Assembly (NCBI GenBank): GCA_963844035.1
Contig: CAWJMT010000031.1
Coordinates: forward strand, 1-64,000
Direction of reading: 5' to 3'
DNA length: 64,000 nucleotides
DNA from: an uncultured Gemmatimonadales bacterium
GTDB taxonomy: Bacteria > Gemmatimonadota > Gemmatimonadetes > Gemmatimonadales > GWC2-71-9
Positions within the stretch are counted from its first letter, which is position 1. Every line of letters begins with the position of its first letter. The notes below the pieces were generated by a model. It was not told where the DNA came from. It searched no databases and was given only the letters and a program-made list of their open reading frames with translations. The position numbers and the translations under genes were made by a program. Of this stretch, positions 57,853 through 64,000 are shown one piece after another.

Positions 57853-58503
57853 TCAGCCGCGGCCGCCGTGCACCAGGCGGAGGAACTCGTCGCGCGTCTT
57901 GCCGTCCTCCAGCAGGGCGCCGCGCAACGCGCTCGTGACCGTCTTGGAGTTCTGCTTCTCGACGCCGCGCATCATCATGCAGAGGTGGTACGCCTCGATG
58001 ACGACCCCCACCCCGCGCGGCTCGAGCACGCGCATCAGGGCGTCGGCCATCTGATCGGTGAGCCGCTCCTGCACCTGCAGCCGGCGCGCGAACACCTCGA
58101 TCACCCGCGGGATCTTGGAGAGGCCCACCAGCCGGCCGTTCGGGAGATAGGCGACGTGCGCCTTCCCGAAGAACGGCAGCATGTGGTGCTCGCACAGGGA
58201 GTAGATCTCGATGTCGCGCACGCACACCAGGTTGTCGTGCGGCTCATCGTAGAGCGCGTCGCCGATCACGTCTTCGACGGAGATCCCGTAGCCGCGCGTC
58301 AGCCACTTGAGCGAGGTCTCGACGCGCGTCGGCGTACGGCGCAGACCTTCCCGTGTCGGGTCCTCGCCGAGCTGGACGAGCATCTCCCGCATCAGCCCGT
58401 CGAAGGGCAGCGCCGCGCCCGACGGCCGGGGCGGGGCCGCCTGCGAGCCGTGATCGTCGTGGAAGCTGTGCCGGCTGGCGGACTTCATCTTGTCACGAGC
58501 CAT
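57853..58503 (-). CDS. folE: GTP cyclohydrolase I
   Basis: [51 protein letters not shown]. Confidence 0.96.
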   Translation of the reverse strand: MARDKMKSASRHSFHDDHGSQAAPPRPSGAALPFDGLMREMLVQLGEDPTREGLRRTPTRVETSLKWLTRGYGISVEDVIGDALYDEPHDNLVCVRDIEIYSLCEHHMLPFFGKAHVAYLPNGRLVGLSKIPRVIEVFARRLQVQERLTDQMADALMRVLEPRGVGVVIEAYHLCMMMRGVEKQNSKTVTSALRGALLEDGKTRDEFLRLVHGGRG

Positions 58504-58906
58504 CGTAGTCCACGTAGTTGCGCTCCGTCTCCCACAGACGGATCCGCTTGAGGGTCGCCGGCTTCAGCGCGGGCGCCAGGACGCGCCACGATACGACGGC
58601 GATGTTCTCCGCCGTGGGATTCAGCTCGGCAAACCAAGGAACGTCCAGGTTGAGATTCTTGTGGTCCAGGTGCCGCAGCAGGCACTCGGTGGCGATCTGC
58701 TTGATGCGCTGCACGTCCATCACGTACCCCGTCTCGGGATCGATGTCGCCTTCCACCGAGATCTCGAGGTTGTAGTTGTGGCCGTGGTAGTTGGGGTTGG
58801 CGCACACGCCGAACGTCGCCTCGTTCTCCGCGTCGGAGAGGCGCCGGTCGTACAACCGGTGCGCCGCGTTGAAGTGCACGCAGCGGGTGACTACGCAACG
58901 AGGCAT
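58493..58906 (-). CDS. 6-pyruvoyl-tetrahydropterin synthase family, PTPS-II-like
   Basis: [18 protein letters not shown] (CX5HGH), [22 protein letters not shown]. Confidence 0.88.
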   Translation of the reverse strand: MPRCVVTRCVHFNAAHRLYDRRLSDAENEATFGVCANPNYHGHNYNLEISVEGDIDPETGYVMDVQRIKQIATECLLRHLDHKNLNLDVPWFAELNPTAENIAVVSWRVLAPALKPATLKRIRLWETERNYVDYDGS

Positions 58907-58946
58907 CGCTTGTTGGGCCTCCGGGGCAGGACTATATTCGGCTCGC

Positions 58947-60135
58947 GTGAGACTAAAGGTACTCGCATCGATCACCGCAGCGGGAGGCTCCGCCCTCTCG
59001 GCCCTGTGGACCTTCCCGAGTCTGCTCGCGTCCGCGTTCCTGGTCGCATGGGGCGCGGAGGCGGCCCAGTTCATCATTTCGCAGGGCCTCGCGCTCGCGC
59101 TGCTCGCGTGGCTCCAGACGCTGCCGGAGTTCGCGGTCGAGGCGGTGATCGCCTGGGACGCCGGCGCCGATCCCGAAATCGCCCACCTCGCGATCGCGAA
59201 CCTCACCGGCGCGATCCGCCTGCTGCTCGGGCTCGGCTGGCCGATGATCTACTTCGTGTTCGCGGCCTTCAGCCGGACGCGCGGGACGGAGCGCCTGCCC
59301 GTCATCCAGCTGCACCCCGAGCACGCCGTGGAGATCGTCGGCCTGGTGCCGCCGCTGCTCTACTTCGGCGTGATCCTCGCCAAGAGCCGCTTCAGCTGGG
59401 TGGACGCGATCGTGCTCGTGGCGCTGTACGTCGCCTACCTGTGGGTGCTGTTCCGCAGCCCGCCGCACGAAAAGGAAAAGGTCGCCGAGGCCCCGATTGT
59501 GTCCCAATGGGCGTACAACCAGCCGGGATGGCGCCGCTACGCGGCGATCGGCGGGCTGTTCGTGGGCGGCGGCGTGCTGCTCATGATCACGGTGCATCCG
59601 TTTCTCGAGTCGATGCTCGCCGTGGCCACGACCCTGGGCGTCAGCCACTTCGTGTTCGTGCAGTGGGTGGCGCCGTTCCTGTCGGAGTTCCCGGAAAAGG
59701 TTTCCGCGTTCTACTGGGCCCGGCGCGTGACGCACGCCCCGATGGCGCTCATGAACATGGTGTCGAGCAACATCAATCAGTGGACCGTCCTGGCCGCGAT
59801 GATCCCGCTGGTGTACGGGTACTCGACGTGGCACCACCATGGCACATGGATGGACTTCCACTTCGACGACGCGCAACGAGCTCGAGATCCTGCTGACGCT
59901 GCTTCAGACGGGCGTCGGCGTGATGCTGCTCGCGAACATGAAGTTCGACTGGATGGACGCCACCATCATCTTCGTGTTGTGGCTCGCGCAGTTCCTGCGG
60001 CCGAGCCTGCGGGAAGAGATCGCCGTCGCATACGGGCTCTGGATGGCGATTCTGGCCGTGGGCTTCGTGGTGCGTGGACAGGCGCTGCTCGCTCCGAGGT
60101 ACTTCTGGGACGTGGTTCGCCGCCGCATGTCCTGA
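58947..60135 (+). CDS. Ca2+/cation (sodium:calcium exchanger family) antiporter (frameshift about 59878)
   Basis: Alpha repeats QTLPEFAV...ANLTGA and SEFPEK...NMVSSNINQWT. Confidence 0.85.
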
Positions 60136-60142
60136 AACGCGA

Positions 60143-60174
60143 TCGGCCGGACCCGCGTAATGGAGCCCGGCCGA
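60143..60174. terminator. Hairpin between the convergent antiporter gene and the 6S RNA candidate
   Basis: TCGGCCGG...CCGGCCGA. Confidence 0.45.
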
Positions 60175-60179
60175 CCGGT

Positions 60180-60328
60180 TACAAGGACGAAGAGGGATAT
60201 TGAAGCCCGAAAGGAATCATTGGCCCTCACCGTAGCGTCTGTCTTCCCCGCGAAGGGGCATGACATAGGTTACAGTATGCGGGACCTCGGTCGAGCTGTT
60301 GGCTCAATAGTGAAACTCTCCGCCCCGC
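60180..60328 (-). ncRNA. ssrS: Probable 6S RNA
   Basis: Rod-like fold on the minus strand (GGGGCGGAGAG/CTCTTCGTCCT with GU pairs; TATTGAGCC/GGCTTCAATA; central bubble; apical CATGCCCC-TTCGC-GGGGAAG); motifs recall E. coli 6S CTGAGCCGATA, GCATGCTC..GAGAAG, GGGTTCAAG; upstream TTGACG-N17-AATGCT. Confidence 0.72.
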
Positions 60329-60377
60329 CAAAGCATTACACGGTGGCGCGACGACGTCAAGGAGATCGGTCACATCC

Positions 60378-60539
60378 ATGAATCTCACGCTGCTGGCGGC
60401 GCTCGCTTGCCTCATCGCCTGGCTCGTCCTGGTGTTCGTCGCGCACATCGGCAGCGGTCCGGTGCAGCTGCTCTGGGCAGCCGCGGTACTGCTGTTCGCG
60501 CGACGCGTGCTCACCGGCGCTCCCCGGTTCCGCTCCTGA
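60378..60539 (+). CDS. Small two-TM membrane protein (53 aa), not in the ORF track
   Basis: AAGGAG RBS; MNLTLLAALACLIAWLVLVFVAHIGSGPVQLLWAAAVLLFARRVLTGAPRFRS*. Confidence 0.7.
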   Translation: MNLTLLAALACLIAWLVLVFVAHIGSGPVQLLWAAAVLLFARRVLTGAPRFRS

Positions 60540-60553
60540 AAGGGATCTCCACG

Positions 60554-62614
60554 ATGATCCGGCGTTCCACGCTCGTCGCGGCGCTCGCGGTCCACGGCGC
60601 CGCGCTCACGCTCGCCGCCCAAGCCCCCGCCCCCGCCAGCGCGCAGCACGGCATCAACCGGGCGTACATGGATACGACCTGCCTGCCGTGCCGCGACTTT
60701 TTCGGCTACGCCAACGGCGCCTGGCTCAACTCGGCGACGATCCCGGCCTCGTACTCGAATACCGGCACCGCCCGCGAGCTGTACGACCGCAATCAAGCGA
60801 CGCTCCGCCGGGTGCTCGATCGTGCCGCGGCGGCAGCCGACACCACGCACGATCCGGCGCTACGCAAAGTCGGCGCGTTCTACGCGAGCTGCATGGATTC
60901 GGTGCGAGCCAACCGCGCGGGGGCGGCGCCGATCGCCAACGAGCTGCGTCTGATCGCCGCGATCAAGACCACCAGCGACCTCCAGCGCGAGATCGCCCGG
61001 CTCATGCAGGTGCAGGTGTACGCCCCGTTCTACTTCTCGGCGGAAGTCGACCCGAAGGAGAGCAGCCGCTACGTGGGACAGCTGTACCAGGACGGGCTCG
61101 GCCTGCCGGATCGGGAGTACTACTTCAAGACCGACCCCGCGTCGGACTCGTTGCGCCGGGACTACGTGGCGCACGTCGCCCGGACGCTGACCTTGCTCGG
61201 CACGCCGGCCGCAACGGCCGGGCAGGACGCCGCCCGGGTGCTGCGGCTCGAAACGGCGCTCGCCGAGTCCTCGATGACGCTCGTCGCGCAGCGCGACCCG
61301 ACCGCCGTGTACCACAGGATGACGGTGCGGGAGCTCCAGGCGCTGGCACCGGCGTTCGAGTGGCCGGCGTTCTTCGGGATGGTCGGCGTGCCGGCGTTGG
61401 GATCGCTCGACGCCACGCTCGACGTCTCGCAGCCCGCGTTCCTGCGACTGGTGAGCGATCGAGCCGCCTACGGGCCGCTCGAGGACTGGCGCGTGTACCT
61501 GCGCTGGCAGGTGGGGCAGACCATGGCGCCGGCACTCGGCGCCGCGTTTTTCGCGGAGCATTTCCGGTTTGAGTCACGGCTGCGCGGCACCAAGGAGCCG
61601 CTGCCGCGCTGGAAACGCTGTGCCGCCGCGACCGATAACGCGCTCGGGGAAGCGCTCGGCAAGGCGTACGTCGAAACCGAGTTCCCTCCCGCCGCCAAGG
61701 CGCGGGTGGTCGGCATCGTGGACAATCTGCAGGCCGCGTTCGCGGAGCGGTTGCGGCACCTGACCTGGATGAGCGACTCGACCAGGGCCCAGGCTCAGGA
61801 CAAGCTCAGCAAGGTGCTGCGCAAGATCGGGTACCCGGACACGTGGCGCGACTACTCCCTGCTGACGGTCAAGGACACGGCGGCGTTCGCATCCAACGTG
61901 ATCAACGCGCGCGGGTTCGAAGGGCGGCGCCAGCTCGCCAAGATCGGCACGCCGGTGAACCGCCTGGAATGGGCCTTTAGCCCGCCGACGGTGAACGCGT
62001 TCTACAATCCCAATACCAACGAGATCACCTTCCCCGCCGGGATCCTGCAGCCGCCGTTCTTCGATGCGGCGGCGGACGACGCGGTGAACTACGGCGGCAT
62101 CGGAGGGGTGATCGGCCACGAGCTGACCCACGGCTTCGACGACGAGGGGCGGCAGTTCGACGCCGCCGGCAATCTGCGGGACTGGTGGACGGCGGAGGAC
62201 GCAGCGCGCTTCTCCGACCGGGCGCGCCGGGTGGTCACGCAATTCAACGGCTACGTCGCGGTCGACACCCTGCATGTGAACGGCGAGCTGACGCTGGGTG
62301 AGAACATCGCGGACCTGGGCGGCCTCGCGATCGCGTTCGACGCGTTCCAGCGCTCCCTCGCAGGGAAGCCGGCTCCGCCGGCGATCGACGGCTTTACCGC
62401 CGAACAGCGGTTTTTCCTGGCGGCCGGCCAAGTGTGGCGCAGTCTCACGCGGCAGGAAACGGCGCGCCTGCGCGCCCTGACCGATCCCCATTCACCGCCC
62501 CGCTGGCGGGTGAACGGGCCGATGTCGAATATCCCGGCGTTCGCGAAGGCGTTCGGTTGCAAGCCGGGAGATCCGATGGTGCGACCGGACAGTGTGAGGG
62601 CGGAGATCTGGTAG
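60554..62614 (+). CDS. M13 family (neprilysin/PepO-like) metallopeptidase, secreted
   Basis: PCRDFFGYANG, VNAFY, FPAGILQPPFF, HELTH, GENIAD, DPHSP. Confidence 0.95.
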   Translation: MIRRSTLVAALAVHGAALTLAAQAPAPASAQHGINRAYMDTTCLPCRDFFGYANGAWLNSATIPASYSNTGTARELYDRNQATLRRVLDRAAAAADTTHDPALRKVGAFYASCMDSVRANRAGAAPIANELRLIAAIKTTSDLQREIARLMQVQVYAPFYFSAEVDPKESSRYVGQLYQDGLGLPDREYYFKTDPASDSLRRDYVAHVARTLTLLGTPAATAGQDAARVLRLETALAESSMTLVAQRDPTAVYHRMTVRELQALAPAFEWPAFFGMVGVPALGSLDATLDVSQPAFLRLVSDRAAYGPLEDWRVYLRWQVGQTMAPALGAAFFAEHFRFESRLRGTKEPLPRWKRCAAATDNALGEALGKAYVETEFPPAAKARVVGIVDNLQAAFAERLRHLTWMSDSTRAQAQDKLSKVLRKIGYPDTWRDYSLLTVKDTAAFASNVINARGFEGRRQLAKIGTPVNRLEWAFSPPTVNAFYNPNTNEITFPAGILQPPFFDAAADDAVNYGGIGGVIGHELTHGFDDEGRQFDAAGNLRDWWTAEDAARFSDRARRVVTQFNGYVAVDTLHVNGELTLGENIADLGGLAIAFDAFQRSLAGKPAPPAIDGFTAEQRFFLAAGQVWRSLTRQETARLRALTDPHSPPRWRVNGPMSNIPAFAKAFGCKPGDPMVRPDSVRAEIW

Positions 62615-62631
62615 CGGCTACCGCAAACGAC

Positions 62632-62667
62632 GAGCGGGGCAACCGGGTGTTACCCGGTGCCCCGCTT
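62632..62667. terminator. Bidirectional terminator hairpin
   Basis: GAGCGGGGCAACCGGGT-GTT-ACCCGGTGCCCCGCTT between convergent genes. Confidence 0.7.
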
Positions 62668-62690
62668 GCAAACAACCGAAACCGTTTTCC

Positions 62691-63215
62691 TTAGAAGCCG
62701 AACGCCAGGCCGAGCGTGACGGGAAAGAACGTCATGTCGCTGCCGCCGTCGTTCATCACGCCGATGTAGCGCGCTTCGGCGAACAGATTCATCCCGCCGA
62801 GGCCGAAGGTCAAGCCACCGCCGGCGTTATAGCCCATCTCCGAGCTAGAGCCAGCGCCCACGTCCACGTTGTAGATGCCCACGCCACCGAGCACGTAGAA
62901 CTTGACCGGCACCGCCGGGGCGCCAATGCGATAGACCAGGTCGGCGGAGCCACCGCTCAGGGTGGTGCTGCCGCTCAGGATGGTCTCGTCATGCGTGGTC
63001 TGGGAATACATGCCGTCCACGCGCACACCGAGACCCGTCAGGGGGAGGCCGACTTCGACGGCGCCCAGCACGTGCCAGCCCGCGTTGTCCAAGGTGGAGT
63101 AGTCACCGGACGGCAGGATGCCGCCCGCACCGACACTGACCTTGACATGCTGCGCGCTCGCCGTCGAGGCGACGATAAAGCCAAGGGCCAAAACGCTCAA
63201 GAAAACCCGCTTCAT
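62691..63215 (-). CDS. Outer membrane beta-barrel protein
   Basis: Signal peptide ASA|Q; FYVLGGVG, LFAEARY, C-terminal Phe. Confidence 0.85.
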   Translation of the reverse strand: MKRVFLSVLALGFIVASTASAQHVKVSVGAGGILPSGDYSTLDNAGWHVLGAVEVGLPLTGLGVRVDGMYSQTTHDETILSGSTTLSGGSADLVYRIGAPAVPVKFYVLGGVGIYNVDVGAGSSSEMGYNAGGGLTFGLGGMNLFAEARYIGVMNDGGSDMTFFPVTLGLAFGF

Positions 63216-63292
63216 GTGATCCTCCCTAAGTCGTTGATCTCGTTAATGTGCCGTGAACGGGAGGGAGGATATCAGCACTGTCAAAATAACGA

Positions 63293-63308
63293 CGTGATGC
63301 AGATCACA
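63293..63308. promoter_or_regulatory. CRP/FNR-family operator-like site
   Basis: CGTGA-TGCAGA-TCACA (9/10 to TGTGA-N6-TCACA) in the AT-rich region upstream of the OMP gene. Confidence 0.5.
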
Positions 63309-63366
63309 CACGATACTTAATAGCTTGTATTACAGCGATTTACAATCTAGTGCGTAGCGACCAAAA

Positions 63367-63473
63367 CTACGACACCACAGCTATGGTGAGGATCGTGACG
63401 GGCACTCCGATAACGGCAGCCGCTGGACGGCGATGAGCAGGTAGGTGACGGCGAAGATGAGGAGGCCGAGCAT
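63367..63473 (-). pseudogene. Internally deleted remnant of an ArsB/NhaD-type anion transporter gene
   Basis: N-terminus MLGLLIFAVTYLLIAVQRLP joined out of frame to C-terminus-like IGVPVTILTIAVVS*. Confidence 0.5.
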
Positions 63474-63485
63474 GAAGACGAAGGC

Positions 63486-63559
63486 GGTGTCGGGTGTCAG
63501 GTGTCAGGTGTCAGGGATTCGCCGCAGTGCCTGACACCTGGCACCTGACACCTGACACC
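63486..63559. repeat. Palindromic heptamer repeat element, copy 3
   Basis: (GGTGTCR)x4...(TGACACC)x4. Confidence 0.9.
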
Positions 63560-63563
63560 TCTT

Positions 63564-64000
63564 TCATATCTCCCAGTTCGAGAACAACACGCCCCCGGAC
63601 ACCTCCGGCTCCGGGTACCCCTCGTAGGTCATGCGCAGGTCGGTCCACCGCACCCGGTATCCGCGCTCGACGAGATGCCGAAACGCCTGCGTGTGGCGCG
63701 TCTCGCACCGCACCGCGACGCGGCGGATGCCGGCCCGCGCCGCCGCGGCTTCGGTCGCCGCCATCACGGCACGGAAGGCGCGCTCGTCGCGGGCGGCCAG
63801 CTTGAGGATGCGCACCTCTTCCTTGGGCCGGCCCTCGGCGAGGGGCGCCGCGTGCCACACCACGAGCCCGTCGAGCCCGGTGGAGCCTTCGAGCAGCGTG
63901 GTGTCGCCGAGCCCGAGCTGCGCGGTGAGCAGGATCTCCCGCGTGAAGTCGGGGCCGCGCGCGAGCTGCGCAACGAGGCGGCTCGCCGCCTCCGTGGCCG
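63564..64000 (-). CDS. GNAT-like protein, 3' part (runs off the window end)
   Basis: VRILKLAA...AAARAGIRRVAVRC...LVERGYRVRWTDLRM. Confidence 0.7.
   Translation of the reverse strand, partial: ATEAASRLVAQLARGPDFTREILLTAQLGLGDTTLLEGSTGLDGLVVWHAAPLAEGRPKEEVRILKLAARDERAFRAVMAATEAAAARAGIRRVAVRCETRHTQAFRHLVERGYRVRWTDLRMTYEGYPEPEVSGGVLFSNWEI

Noticed and set aside
58493..58906. queD (queuosine pathway) assignment
   Set aside because: Motif is CX5HGH rather than CX3HGH, and no queC/queE/queF is adjacent.
60230..60292. Cobalamin riboswitch (GGTCCCGCATACTGTAACC resembles part of the consensus)
   Set aside because: The upstream GGGAA...GGTG..AA.TCC elements are missing, no B12-related gene follows, and a 6S-type fold explains the region better.

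Overview
High-GC bacterial chromosomal window, most likely Gemmatimonadota (inferred from RpoB/RpoC/EF-Tu insertions and gene content). It opens with the core transcription/translation cluster on the minus strand: four tRNAs (Thr-Tyr-Gly-Thr), tuf, rpmG, secE, nusG, rplKAJL, rpoB and the 5' part of rpoC. It continues with cysS, a pspA-linked operon ending in two tandem paralogous secreted proteins, uvrA, a tightly coupled cutA-TPR-macrodomain-transglutaminase-ABC exporter operon, a variant cytochrome c maturation cluster (CxxxY CcmE), mtnA-glpK, dciA-like/gyrB, a small accessory block with integron-cassette-like ends, pdp, pepP, GAF-ligA-V4R, tldD/pmbA, fadD, two accessory lipoproteins flanking a REP-like hairpin cluster, a PTPS-II/folE/SDR (biopterin-type) operon, a Ca2+/cation antiporter, a probable 6S RNA, an M13 peptidase and a deleted transporter remnant. 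Many genes, including essential ones (tuf, rplL, cysS, ligA), carry single-base frameshifts, which points to long-read consensus indel errors rather than pseudogenes. A family of palindromic heptamer/octamer tandem repeats is scattered through the window, sometimes inside coding sequence. No CRISPR array, rRNA, integrase or transposase was seen. All calls are by eye from motifs and gene context; no searches were run.
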